A DNA stretch of 64,000 bases from Patellaria atrata CBS 101060 (Eukaryota), in assembly GCA_010093705.1 (NCBI GenBank), contig MU006105.1, positions 1-64,000 of the forward strand, given 5' to 3'. Under the pieces are notes generated by a model, which saw only the letters and a program-made list of their open reading frames with translations, was not told the DNA's origin and ran no database searches. Position numbers and translations under genes: made by a program. Below are positions 37,115 to 52,300 of this stretch, piece by piece (the stretch's first letter is position 1; every line of letters starts with the position of its first letter).

Positions 37115-37458
37115 CTTACGGTATGAGGATATCTAAGTAGTCTCATCACTAACCTATACTTTTTAACAATCGAATATCTCTTGACTTTGGAGTAAAGTAT
37201 CAATTCCCAAGTTTATGTACAGAACGAGTTTTCTCTTCACGAATGCCTTCTCATCTATGCTCATCCATTGGTTCAATACCAAAGTGTTATCGTCCGGTAA
37301 CCTTTCCACTTAAGAAATTTATTCTAAGCAAACCCAACTACCCTGCCATCTAATAATAAAAAAGAAAATTTCTTAAACACGTCTATTTTATTCTCGATCC
37401 AAAAAAAAAAAAGAAAATCCAATATTGACTTATCCAGTATGTAAAGGCAAAAATGAAA

Positions 37459-37578
37459 ACATACAGCAGTGCGCATTCGCTGGTGGTCACCCACCCAACT
37501 ACTACTGCACCAATACAAGGCTTGAGTATGGCAGAGCGAACGGGATGCCCTATTGTCTACGGCTCGTATAGCCATCGT
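37459..37578 (-). rRNA. Dispersed 5S rRNA gene or pseudogene with an aberrant 5' end
   Basis: Minus strand reads AATAGGGCATCCCGTTCGCTCTGCCATACTCAAGCC...TAGTAGTTGGGTGGGTGACCACCAGCGAA...TGCTGTATGT, then a TTTT terminator. This matches the filamentous ascomycete 5S pattern. Confidence 0.85.
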
Positions 37579-38645
37579 GATGCGTGTGTTATATGGTTCT
37601 TTATTTCAAAAAAGAGAGATTTTATCAAATTATCTATTCTAGAAATCACCTTGGCGCTTATATAAACTAAATCCAACTTTTAGAAATTAGTAATCGAGGA
37701 AATACTATTAAATAATCGTTTATAATAGATTATAAATTTTATTTTTAACTTTTTAAATCTTATTATATTATTTTTATTTCTAGAAAAATATTTTTTAAAT
37801 TAAATATTATTATATTTTTAAAAATAAATTAAAATTATTATCTTTTTATTTTTCTTATTTTCTTTTTATTTTTTCACTTTTTTTACTTTTTTTACTTTTT
37901 AATTCTTTTATTTTTTTTTATTTTCTTTATTTTTATTTATTATTTATTTAATCTTATAAAATTTTTATAAAAATAGTTAATATATTAAATTTTTTAATTA
38001 ATATTAAAGAAAGTAAATTATTATTATAAAATTATTAATTTTATAATTTTAAAAATTAATTTATATAAATTTTTTATAAATATTAAATTTTTAATATTTA
38101 AAATTATTTAATTATTTTATTAATTATTTAAAACTTTTAATATTTAAGTTTATATTAAATTATTTTTATAATAATAATTATTAAATAAATAAAATATAAT
38201 TAAAAAAAAACTTTTTATAATAATATTATAAAATTACTAATTTATTATTTAAAAAATTTTAAAAATTTATAAAAATAATATTTTTTTAAAATATAAATAT
38301 AAATTAATTTAAAAAATTAATTTATATTTTTATATAAAATTATATTTTAATTAAAATATTTATAATAAATAAAATATTATTTATTTTAATATTAAAATAT
38401 TTATTTAATTATTTAATTAAAATTAATAATTATAATTTTAATTATAGAAAATTTTTTAAAATTTCTATAAATTTATAATAAATATATATTCTTTTATTTT
38501 TAAATATATTTATAATTAATTTTTATAATATTTATAATAATATAATATAATTATAATAATTATATTTTAATTATTTTTATTATTAATTATTAAATATAAA
38601 AATTAAATTAAAAAATAATAATATTATAAATTAAATATTTATATA

Positions 38646-40507
38646 ATATAATTTATAAATAAATAATATATATAAATAAATAATATATTTTTCTATTTTA
38701 TTATAATTTTTAAACTTAATTATATAGTTATAATCTAAAAAAATTAATTATATTTAATTAAACTTTTTTCTTTAAATATTTTTTTATCTTTTTAATAAAT
38801 TTATATATTATATCTAATCTTTTTATATTTTCTATAATATTATAAATATAATAATTCTTTCTTTATTAAACTTTTTTTCTTTAACTTTTTATTTAATTAT
38901 TATTTAATAATCTTTTTTTAAATAATTAATTTTTATATATTTTATATATTAAATATTTTTTCTATTTATATATATATTTTTTTAGTTTATTATTACTTTA
39001 TAAATACTTTATTAATCTTTTAAAATATTTAAATTTTATTATATATAAATATTATTTTATAAATAATAAGCTTTATATTCTTTATTAATTATTTAATAGT
39101 TAAGAAAATAGTATTTAAAGAACTTTTTTAATATTAAATTATTTAATTTTTAATATACTTAAACTATAAAATAGCTTTTTTAAAATTATTTAATATTTAA
39201 AAAATCTATAAATTAATAGTAAAAAAAAGAAATCTAATTAATATTAATATTTATAACTTTATATTAAACTTTAAAATAATAATTTAAAGATTATAAAAAA
39301 TTAAATTAATATTAAAAAAGCTTATTTAAATATTTTTAATTATTATAATATTAATATAGATATTTTTAAATATAATAAAGAACTTAATTTTAATAATATA
39401 ATTAATATAAATTTTAATAAAAACTTTAAATTCCCGGCTATATATTTATTTTAATATATTAAAATATTTAATATTTAAAAGTTAAATAAAATATAAAGAA
39501 TATATAAATAGATAAATAATAATAATATTCTTTTTTTTATAAAATTTCTTAAACTAAACTAATAAATAGTTTATATAATTATTAAGAATAATTATTTAAT
39601 AAATATCTTTCTATTAAATATTTATATATTAATAAAAATATTAAATTTAATTTATAATTATCTTTTTATCTATTTAACTATTTAATAAAGTTTTAATAAT
39701 CTAGAAAAATAGAAGATTATATTTAATATATTAGAATATAAGATAGTTAATATCTTATATAATTAAGAAAAAAGATAATATAAAACTATTATTATTTATA
39801 TACTCGATTATTATAGTTTATTCGTGATTATTAAGTTAAAGTTATTTATTTTTATTATATTTATTAATATATATAATAATTATACTACTATAAATAATAT
39901 TTATTATAAAGTTTATTTTATTAAAATTATAAAGATTAATATCTTAGATTATATATTTCACGCGTATATTAACTATTAAATGGAATTATATATTTATTAT
40001 ATTTAGATTTTCGTAAAAAGCTCTTTAAAAGTTATAAATATAAGAAAAATATATTTTTAACTTTAATTATTATTTAATAAAATTTTTCGTTTAATATTTC
40101 TTTATATATTCTATAATATATTTTATAAGAAATAAATTAATTATCTTTTCTATATTAGTTAATTAAAATAAAAATCCTTATATATTTAAATTTAAAATAT
40201 ATTAAATAATTATCTTTTCTTTAATTTTTATTAACTTTTAAGAATTAAGGCGATAATTATATTTAAAAGTTTAACTATTTATTCTCGCGTAAAGAGTAGT
40301 TTTAAAGATATTATAAATTATTATAATTTTTTAATAGTTAAGTTTTTTATTATATTAAAGAGTTTAAATAATAAGAATAATTTAACTTTTATTTAATTAT
40401 ATAAATATTATTAATTATAGAGAAATATATTATTATAAAAGAAAAAATTATAATATATAGAAAAATATATTATTTATTTATATATATTATTTATTTATAA
40501 ATTATAT
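38646..40507 (-). mobile_element. RIP-destroyed copy of the Fot1 element at 13285-15146
   Basis: TIR relics at both ends. Surviving words TCCCGGC (39432) and TTCTCGCG (40282) lie at the same offsets (786 and 1636) as in the intact copy. Confidence 0.92.
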
Positions 40508-40641
40508 TATAATATTTTTATTTTATTAAATTTTAATTTAATTATTTTTTATTTAATTAATTAATATTTAAAGATTTTTTTTATATTTAATTTAATAAAA
40601 ATTTTTTATAAATAAATTAAATATTTAATATAGAAAATATA

Positions 40642-40741
40642 NNNNNNNNNNNNNNNNNNNNNNNNNNNNNNNNNNNNNNNNNNNNNNNNNNNNNNNNNNN
40701 NNNNNNNNNNNNNNNNNNNNNNNNNNNNNNNNNNNNNNNNN
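40642..40741. other. Assembly gap (100 N)
   Basis: Run of N. Confidence 1.
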
Positions 40742-43700
40742 TTATAAATAAATTAAATATTTAATATAGAAAATATAAAATTAATATTATAATATATTAT
40801 TATATTATTCTTTTTTTAATAATAAAAATTAGTTTTAATTTTTATAATAATATTAATAATATTTTATAATATAATTTATTATTTATTTATAATATTTTAA
40901 AATTTATATAAATTTCTTTTTTTTAATTATATTATTATTATTATATAATTTTATTTTTATTTTAAATTTAAAGATTTAAAACTATTTTTTAAATTAAATT
41001 AATAATTTATTATTAATTAATTTTTAATTATAAAATTCTTTAAATTTATATAATATTTTAATAAAATTATAAATTAAATATTATATTTTATTAAAATTAT
41101 ATTTAATTTAATTTACTTTATATTATAATTTATTATAAAAAATATAATTTATTAAAATTTTATTTATTTTATATTTAAATTTATTATCTATTTTAATTAA
41201 TAATAATAATTTTAATTATTATTTAAATAATAAATTTATTAATATTTTATAAAATTTATTTATATAAAATATATTTTATATTTTTATATTAATAAATAAA
41301 TTAATTATATAAAAATATTTTTTTATTTTTATTATTTTATATAAATTTATATTTTAATAGTTTAATTTAATATTTAATTTATTTAATATTTAATTTTTAT
41401 ATAAAATAAAAATTTAATTTTTTAATTTAAAATTTAATTTTTTTTAATATTTATTAATTAATTTTATTTATATTTTTTCTAAATTATTTTTTATTTATTT
41501 AATAATATTATAAATATATTTTATAAATAATTAAACTTTCTTTTTATTTATTTTTTCTTAAATTATTTTATATATATTAAAATTTATTTACTTTTATTAA
41601 TTAAAATATATTTATAATTAATAATTAAATTTTAATTTATAAAAAAAAATATTTATTAATTTATAAATTAATATAATTTAAATAAAATTTATTATAAATA
41701 ATAATTTATAAAAAATTAAAATTATAAAATTATATATTAATTAATAATTTTTATATTTTTATTTATTTATAAATAATAAATTATAAATAATTTTTATTTT
41801 ATTTTAATTAATTTATAAAATTTATTTATAAATATAAAAATAAATTATAATTTATAATTTAATATTATTATCTTTAATATATTATATATTTATTATATAT
41901 ATTTATAATATAGCTTTATAACTATTTTAATTAAAATATTTTTAATATAAAAAAATAAAATTATTTTTTTTTTAATTAATTTATTATTATTAATATTATT
42001 TTAAATTTATATATATTTTTAAAAAATAATTTAAAGTTAAAAATAATATATTATTAATATTTATCTTTAATTAATAATAATTTTAATAAATTAAAAATTT
42101 TATTTTTTAATATATATATTTAATAATAAATATAATAATTTTAAATATATTTATTTATATTAATTATTAATTTAAATTAATAATATTATATTTAAATTAA
42201 TTTTTTTATTTTCTTAATTTTTAAATATTTTATAATTAATATACTATATATATTTTATATTAAATATATTTTAAAATTATTTATATTTAAAATTATAAAT
42301 CTATAAAATTTAATAAATAAATTATTTTATAATTTTTAATATTTCTTTTTAATTTTAATTTATTTTTAATATATTAATAAAGAATTATATTTTTAATTTA
42401 TTTTTAATATTTAATTTATTAATAAATATATTATTAATAGCTTTTATTTTTAATTAAATTTATTTTAAATATATTATTTTAAATTTATAAATATATTTTC
42501 TTTTTTTTTTATTTTATATTTAATTTTTTTTTCTTTTTTAATTATAATAAAAATTATAAAATAAATAAATATAAACTTTAATTTAAAATTAAAATTAATA
42601 TATTTTTTTAATATATTATTCTTTTCTTTTAAAATTTTAATTATTATAAACTTTTAATTTTAATTTTTAATTTTTTTTATCTTTTATAAAAATTTAATTA
42701 TTATTATTTTAATTATTATTTTTTAAACTTTAAATCTTAATTTTAAAATATATTTTTCTATTATTCTTTTTTTAAAGATTATATATTTTTTATTATTTTA
42801 AAATATTTTTTTAAATTATAATTATTATTTTATTAAAAATTAAAAAAATATTATTATTATATTTAAATTAATTAATATTTAAATTTATATTATAATATTT
42901 TTATTTTTTATTATTTTTAAATCTTTTTATTTATAGAAAAATATATTTATTATAATATTTTAAATTTTAAATTAATTTATAATTTAAAAATAAAAATTAA
43001 AAAAAGTTTTATTTTATTAAATTTATTTAATATTAAATAATTATTTTATAATAAAATATTTTAATACTTTATAATTAATAATTATAATAAAAAGAATTTA
43101 TTATAATTTTATTAATATATTTTTTTATTTAATTAATTTTTTTATTATAATTAATATTTTTTTATTATAAATTTTATATTTTAATTTTATTTTTAATAAT
43201 ATTTTAATTTAAAAGATAATTAACTTTTAAATATATTTATAAAATTATAATATAATTATTATAATAATTTTATTATTATAATTAAATTTAACTTTTATTT
43301 TAAATAAAAAATTATAATATATTAATATTTAATTTAATAAAATTAATTTATTTATTTTTTTAAATTTTTTTTTTATTTAAATAATTTTTAAATCTTTTTT
43401 TATATTTATATTATTAATAATTATATAATTTATCTAAATTTCTTTAAAAATTTTTAATAAAAATTATAAAATTTATTAAATAATAAAATTCTTTTTATAT
43501 TTATTAATAATTTTTAATTTTATATTATTTTAATATTTTTTAAATTTATTATTATTTTATTAATATTAATAATAAAGTTAAAAAATTTTATTTTTATTAT
43601 ATAAAATTAACTTTTTTTAATATTAATTTATAAATTAATTTTAATTAATATTTTTAATATTTTTATAATATAAATTTAATATTTTAATAAATATTTAAAA

Positions 43701-46700
43701 TAAATTAATATATTATTAATATATATTATATAAAAGTTATTTTAATATTAAAAGAATATTTTATTAATAAATTATTAAAATAAAATTAAATTATTATATA
43801 ATTTAAAAAGTAATATTTTATATTTAAATAATTTATATTTTATTTAAAAAATAATAAAATTTTTAATTAACTTTTTTATTTAAATTTAATAGAATATTTA
43901 TTTTATATTAAATTTTATAAATATTTTTATTTATTAGAAATATATTAATATTTCTTTAATTAAAAATAATAAATATTTTTTTTTTAATAATATTATTTAA
44001 CTTTTTATAATTAATATAAAATCTTTAATTTTTCTTTAACTTTTTAATAAATAATATTAAAAATATATATAATATTTTATTAAAAATAATAAATCTTTTT
44101 TAAAAATATTTTTTTAAATAATTCTTTATTAATTATAAATATTTAATAAATATATTATATAAAAAATTAATAATAAAATTATTATATTAATTTAATATTA
44201 TATTATAATTTATATCTTTTTTAAATAATAATAATTTATTAAATATAAATTTTAAAAATATATAAATTAAATAATTTTTTATAAATTATTATTTTATAAA
44301 TATTTTTATTTTTATTTAAAAAGTTTTTATCTTTTAAAAGTTAATTTTATATTAAAAAGTTAATTTTATATAAATTTATAATATTTATAATAATATTTAA
44401 TCTATTTATTTAACTTTAATTTTAATTTTTTAAAAAGTTTTAATATTTTTTTTTTATTAAATTTAATAATTCTAATTTTATTTTTTAAAGATTAAAGTTA
44501 ATATTCTTAATTTATAAACTTAATTATTTTTATTAAAATAATTATAATTTTCTTTTTTAATTAATTAATATTTTTTATTAATTATATTTTTTTATTAATA
44601 ATTTTATCTTATTATTTTATATTAAATTAATATTATAAATTAACTATTTTCTTTAATTTATATTTAAAAATTATAATATTTTATTATTAATTTTCTATTA
44701 TTAATATTTTATAATAATTAAAAAATAAATTTATATTAATAATTTAATAAATTTTTTATCTTTAAAAATTATTTTTAATTAATTAATTAATTATTATTAT
44801 CTATATTTATTATTAATATTAATATATATTATTAATAATCTTTAAATATAATAATTATTTTAAATATCTTTTTAATTAATATTATTATAATATTATTAAA
44901 AGTTATAATATTAATATATTATTTTATTTTATTTATTTTAATTTTAAAATATTATTTAAAAATTAAAAATTATCTTTTATATAATAAAATATATTTTTAA
45001 ACTTTAATATTAATTAATACTTTTAATTAAATTATAATATTATAATTTAAAATTTTATATAATATTATAAATAATATTTTATTAATTAATTTATTAATTA
45101 ATATTTTTATTATTTTTATTATTAATTTTAATATAAATTATTTATTTAAAATTTATTATTTTTTAATTTTTAATTATTATTTAATATAATAATTAATTTA
45201 ATTTTATTCTTTTAAATTATTTTAAATTTAATAATTTTTTTTAATAATTTATAATATATTTTTTAATAATTTATTTTATTATAATTAAAATATTTTTTTA
45301 TAAATTTATATATTATTATTATTTTAATTTATTAAATTATTATAAATATATTTAATTTAAATATTATTATTATTTTAATTTTAATATTTATTTTTAATTA
45401 AATTTTAATATTTTTTTATTTTTTTACTTTTTTTCTTTAAATTATAAACTATTATTATTATTATTTAATAATATTTTTTAAAATTAATATAATTATTTAT
45501 ATATTCTCGCGTTATTTTATCTTTTTATTAATTTTATAATATTTAAATTTTAATAATAAATTAAATAAACTTTAATTAAATTTTTATAAAATTCTTTAAA
45601 TATTTTTATTTTAACTTTTTTAAATTAACTTTTATTTTTATATATTTATTTAAATTTTTATAAATATTATTTAAATATTTTAATATATTTTATAATAAAA
45701 TATATTTATTATTTTTATATTTTATTTTTAAATAAAAATATATATAATTATTTATTTATTTTATAAAATAAATTTTTATATATATTATTTTAATTTTATT
45801 ATTTAAAAATTAATTATTATTAATTTTAAATTTATCTTTTAATTATTTTTTCTATTAATTATATATAAAGTCTTTATTATTAATTAATATAAATAAATTA
45901 AAATATTTTTTTAATTTTTTATAATTTTTATTTTTAATAATATTTATAATATAATTTAGATTTATAATATTATTTTATTAATTTTATTATTATTTTAATA
46001 TATTATTATCTATATTTTTTATAAAATTAATATTTTAATTATTTATTTTTTTAAATAATTTTTTTAAATATTTATTTTTTATTTTTAAATAATTAATAAT
46101 TATTTTATTATTTAAATATATATTTATTTTTAATATTATATTATTATATAATTTATTTATAATTATTAAAACTTTATAAATTTAATTAATTTATATTATT
46201 AATTATAATTAACTTTTAAAATACTTTTTTATAAATTTTTATAATTTTTTTTTTATTTATTAAATAATCTTTTTAATTATATTTATTAATTAATAAAATA
46301 TAATATATACTTTTAAATTAAATTATAACTTTATTTTAATAATATAATATAATTTTAATAAATTTATAAAGAAATTTTTTTTTATATTATTTTAATTAAA
46401 AGAATTTTTTATTTTTTTAATTTTTAATAATTATCTATTTTTTAAACTTTTTCTTTTATTACTTTTTTAATAATTATTAATTATTTTTAAATAATTATTT
46501 ATAATATTTATCTTTAATTTATTATTAAAATTATTATTAATATAAATAATTTTATTAATTATTAATTATTATTATTTAAAATAATAATCTTTTTTTATTA
46601 ATTAATAAAATTTAATAATTTAATAATTTTAATTAATTTAATAATTATTTATTTAGAAAATTAATATTATATTTTAATTAAAATATTTTATTATTTTTTT

Positions 46701-49377
46701 AGAAAATTATAAAAAATAAACTTAATTTAATATAATAATATAATATAATTATATTTTAATTATATTTTAATTATTTTTATTATTAATTATTAAATATAAA
46801 AATTAAATTATAATATAATAATATTATAAATTAAATATTTATATATAATAATTTTATTTTATTAAATTTTAATTTAATTATCTTTTATTTAATTAATTAA
46901 TCTTTAAAGATTTTTTTTATATTTAATTTAATAAAGTTTTTTTATAAATAAATTAAATATTTAATATAAAAAATATAGAATTAATATTATAATATATTAT
47001 TATAATATTAATATTAATTTTTTAAAATTTATATTTTAAAGAATTTACTAAATTTTTTAATTATTAAAAAAATAATAAAGATTTTTATTATAATAATTTT
47101 AAATATTAAATTTTATATAATAATAATTTATATAATTTTAAATTATAATTAATTTATAAAATTAAAAGAATTATTAAAATAATATTTAAAAAAATATTAA
47201 AATTATTATAATAAAATATTTTAATATATATTATATTTATAATAATATATTATAATATTAATTCTATATTTTTTATATTAAATATTTAGTTTATTTATAA
47301 AAAATCTTTATTAAATTAAATATAGAAAAAATCTTTAAATATTAATTAATTAAATAGAAAATAATTAAATTAAGATTTAATAAAATAAAATTATTATATA
47401 TAAATATTTAATTTATAATATTATTATTTTTTAATTTAATTTTTATATTTAATAATTAATAATAAAGATAATTAAATTATAATTATAATTATTATAATTA
47501 TATTATATTATTATATTAGATTAAATTTATCTTTAATAGTTTTTAAAAAAATAATATAATATTTTAATTAAAATATAATATTAATTTAATTAATAAATAA
47601 TTATTAAATTAATTAAAAATTTATAAATAATTAAATTTTATTAATAATAAAATATTTAATATTTAAAAATATTAATATTAATAATAATAATAATTTAATA
47701 TTTAAAAGAAATTAAAATTAATAAATATAAATTATTTAAAAAAATAAATATTATAATAAATTAAATAAAATAATTAAATTTTTAATAATTTTAATAAAAT
47801 AAATAAATAATAAATTAATAATTTAAAAGTAAAGAATAATATTAAATTAAAAGAAAAAGAAAAAATATATTAATATAAATTAATATTAAAAATAATTAAT
47901 TAATAAATTATTAATAATATTTTAAAAGTAAATTTATAGAATTTATTAAAAGAAATTTCTAAAATAATAAAAGAAAAAAAATCTTTTAAATATACTATTA
48001 TTATAAATAATTAAAATATTAATATAATTAATAAAATAAAGAAATAAATAATTAAAAATCTAGATTAATTTATAATAAAGTATTTTTATATAAAAATAAA
48101 ATTTATAATTTAAAAGATATAATTTAAAAAGATAATAAATTTTATTAATAAAATAATATTTAATTTATAATTAAAGCTATAAATATATTAAATAAATAAA
48201 GAAATTATAAAATATTTTTAAAATAAAATTAATAATTTAAAAAGATAAATTAAATAGTCTAAATTAAATTAAAAAAGTATTTAATTTAATAATAAATTTA
48301 ATAATAAAGAATTATTAATATTATATAATTATAATAATTAAATTAAAATAATCGATTTAACTAAAAGTTTTAAAAGTAAAAATAATAATAAAATAAAGAA
48401 ATTCTCTAATTTATTAAAATTAATTAATAGTAAAAAATTAATTTATAAAAAATAAAAGAGTGAAATAAATAATAAATTTTATATTAATAATAATTAATTT
48501 TAAAATAAAAGAATAAAGATTATTTATATTAAAATATAAATTAATAATAAAATAATTAAATATATATATTTTTTCTTAAAATTAAAGAAGAATAATATAA
48601 TTTTAATAAAATTAATAAAATTCTTAAATTAAATTTATAAAGATTTAAATAAATAATTAAAAGTTAAAGATAAATTAAAAAAGTTAAAATAAAATTATTT
48701 AATAAATTTTCTAAAGTTTTAATTTATATTTATCTAATTAATTAATAAAACTAAATTATTATATAATTAATAGAAAAAGAAATTTTATAATAAATTTTAT
48801 AATAGTTTAAAATTAATAATAATAAAAGTTATAAATAATAATAAAATTAGCTTTTAAAAGTATTATAATAAAATTATAATATAAGTATAAAAGTTAAAAA
48901 AAATTAGATAAAACTAGTAAAATTTATAAAAAAAGTTAAAAATATAATAAATTAATTAAAATAATTTCTATTTTAATAATAATAAATAGAATTTTATATT
49001 AATTAAAAAGTAAAGAAATTATTTTACTTATAATATTATAAATAATAAAGTAAATTATAATTATTTAAAAGTTTATAGATAATTATTTTAATTATAATAA
49101 AATTAGATATAAAGTATTAAAATATTAAAAACTAAAAAAGATAATTAAAATAAAATTAATTTAAAAAGATAAATATTAAAATTTAAAGTTTAATTTAAAG
49201 TTAAATTTAGAAAATAAAAAACTTTAAATAAAGACTTTATATTAAAATTAATAATAAAAATATTAATAATATTAATTAATAATCTAATATTAGAAAAGTT
49301 ATTTATAATATTATATTAAATTTTAAAGAATAAAATTATAATATAATTTAAGATTTTAATTAATATTAAAGTTTAAA

Positions 49378-52300
49378 TATAATAATATAATATAATTATA
49401 ATAATTATATTTTAATTATCTTTATTATTAACTATTAAATATAAAGATTAAATTAAAAAATAATAATATTATAAGCTAAATATTTATATATAATAGTTTT
49501 ATTTTATTAAATTTTAACTTAATTATCTTCTATTTAATTAATTAACGCTTAAAGATCTTTTCTATATTTAACTCGATAAAAATCTTTTATAAATAAACTA
49601 AATACTTAATATAGAAAATATAAAATTAATATTATAATATATTATTATATTATCTTCTTTTTAATAATAGAAATTAATCCTAATTTTTATAATAATATTA
49701 ATAGTATTTTATAATATAATTTATTATCTATTTATAATATCTTAAAATTTATATAAACTCTTTCTTTTTAACTATATTATTATTATTATATAGCTTTATT
49801 TTTATCTTAAATTTAAAGGTTTAAAGCTATTCTTTAAATTAGATTAATAATTTAATATTAATTAATTTTTAATTATAGAATTCTTTAAATTTATATAATA
49901 TTTCGATAAAATTATAAGTTAAATATTATATCTTATTAAGATTATATTTAATTTAATTTACTTTATACTATAATTTATTATAAAAGATATAGTTTACTAG
50001 AATTTTATTTACTTTATATTTAGATTTATTATCTATTTTAATTAACGGTAATAGTTTTAACTATTATCTAAATAATAGATTTATTAATACTTTATAAAGT
50101 TTATTTATATAAAATATATTTAATATCTTTATATTAATAAATAAGTTAATTATATAAAAATATCTTTTTATTTTTATTATTTTATATAAATCTATATTTT
50201 AATAGTCTAATTTAATACTTAATCTATTTAATATTTAGCCTTTATATAAGATAAAGATATAATCTTTTAATTTAAAATCTAATTCTCTTTAATATTTATT
50301 AGTTAATTTTATTTATATTATTTATATCTTTTCTAGATTATTTCTTATCTATTTAATAATATTATAAATATATTTTATAAATAGTTAAGTTTTCTTTTTA
50401 TTTATCTTTTCTTAAATTATTTTATATATAATAATATAGTATAACTATAGTAATCGTATTTTAACTATCTCTATTACTAACTATTAAGTATAGAGATTAA
50501 GTTAAGGAATAATAATATTATAGGCCGAATATCCGTATATAATAGTCCCGTCTTACTAAGCCTCGGCCCGACTATCTTCCGTTTAACTAATTAGCGCTTA
50601 GAGATCTTTTCCGCGTCCGACCCGGTAAAGATCTCTTATAAATAAACTAAACACTTAGTATAGGAAATATAGGATTAGTATCGTGACACGTTATTATATT
50701 ATATATATTAAGATTTATCTATTTTTACTAATTAAAATATATTTATAGTTAGTAATTAAATTCTAATTTATAAAAAGAAATATTTATTAATTTATAGATT
50801 AATATAGTCTAGATAAAGTTTATTATAAATAATAATTTTAATTAATTATTTTAATAGTAATTTATAAAGAATTAAAGCTATAAATTTATATATTAATTAA
50901 TAATTTTTATATCTCTATTTATTTAATAGTTTCGGATATATTTATTTATATTAGCTATTAATTTAGACTAATAATATCGCGTTTAAATTAATTTTTTTAT
51001 TTTCTTAATTTCTAGATATTTTATAACTAATATATTATATATATTTTATATTAGATATATTTTAAAGTTATTTATATTTAAAATTATAAGTTTATTAAAT
51101 TTAATAAGTAAATTATTTTATAATTTTTAATATTTCTTTTTAACTTTAACTTATTTTTAATATATTAATAAAGAGTTATATTTCTAGTTCACTTCTAATA
51201 TTTAATTTATTAGTAAATATATTATTAACGGCTTTTATTTTTAATTACACTTATTTTAAATATATTATTTTAAATTTATAAATATATTTTTTCTTTTTTT
51301 TATTTTATATTTAACTTTCTTTTCTTTTTTAGTTATAATAGAAATTATAAAGTAAATAAATATAAGTCTTAATTTAGAATTAAAGTTAATATATTTTTTT
51401 AATATATTATTTCTTTTTTTCGAGATTTTAATTATTATAGACTTTTAATTTTAAACTTTAACTTTTTTTATTTTCTATAAAAATTTAGTTATTATTATTT
51501 AAATTACTATTATCTAAATTCTAAGTCTTAATTTTAAAATATACTTTTTTATTATCTTCTTTTTAAAGATTATATATTTTTTATTACTTTAAAATATCTT
51601 CTTAAGTAATAGTTATTATTTTATTAAAAATTAAAAAAATATTATTATTATATTTAAATTAATTAATATTTAAATTTATATTATAATATCTTTATTTTTT
51701 ATTATCTTTAAATTTTCTTATTTATAGAAAAATATATCTATTATAATATTTTAGGTTTTAAGCTAATATATAATTTAAAAATAAAAATTAGAAAGAGCTT
51801 TACTTTATTAAATTTATCTAATATTAAATAATTATTTTATAATAAAATATTCTAATATTTTATAATTAATAATTATAATAAAAGGAATTTATTATAGCTT
51901 TACTAATATATTTCTTTATTTAATTAATATTTTTATTATAATTAATATTTTTTTATTATAAATTTTATATTTTAATTTTATTTTTAATAATATTTTAATT
52001 TAAAAGATAACTAATCTTTAAATATATTTATAAAGTTATAATATAACTATTATAATAATCTTATTATTATAGTTAAACTTAACTTTTATCTTAAATAAAA
52101 AGTTATAATATATTAATATTTAATTTAATAGAATTAACTTTTTTATTTTTTTAAATATCTTTTTTTCTTTTTATTTAAATGGTTTTTAAACCCCTTTTTA
52201 TATCTATATTATTAATAATTATATAACTCGTTCGAATTTCTCTAAAAAGTTTTAATAAAAGTTATAAAATTTATTAAATAATAAGATTCTCTTTATATTT

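Larger units (their letters stand above)
38533..47004 (-). mobile_element. Gypsy family A copy 4, most heavily RIPed; 3' LTR 38533-40804 (split by Fot1 and the gap), 5' LTR 46731-47004
   Basis: LTR relics at both ends, PPT relic after 40804, PBS relic before 46731, and TSD ATATT on both sides. Confidence 0.8.

Noticed and set aside
37324..37665. Short ORFs of 83 and 70 aa
   Set aside because: They overlap the 5S rRNA-like sequence and have no protein motifs.
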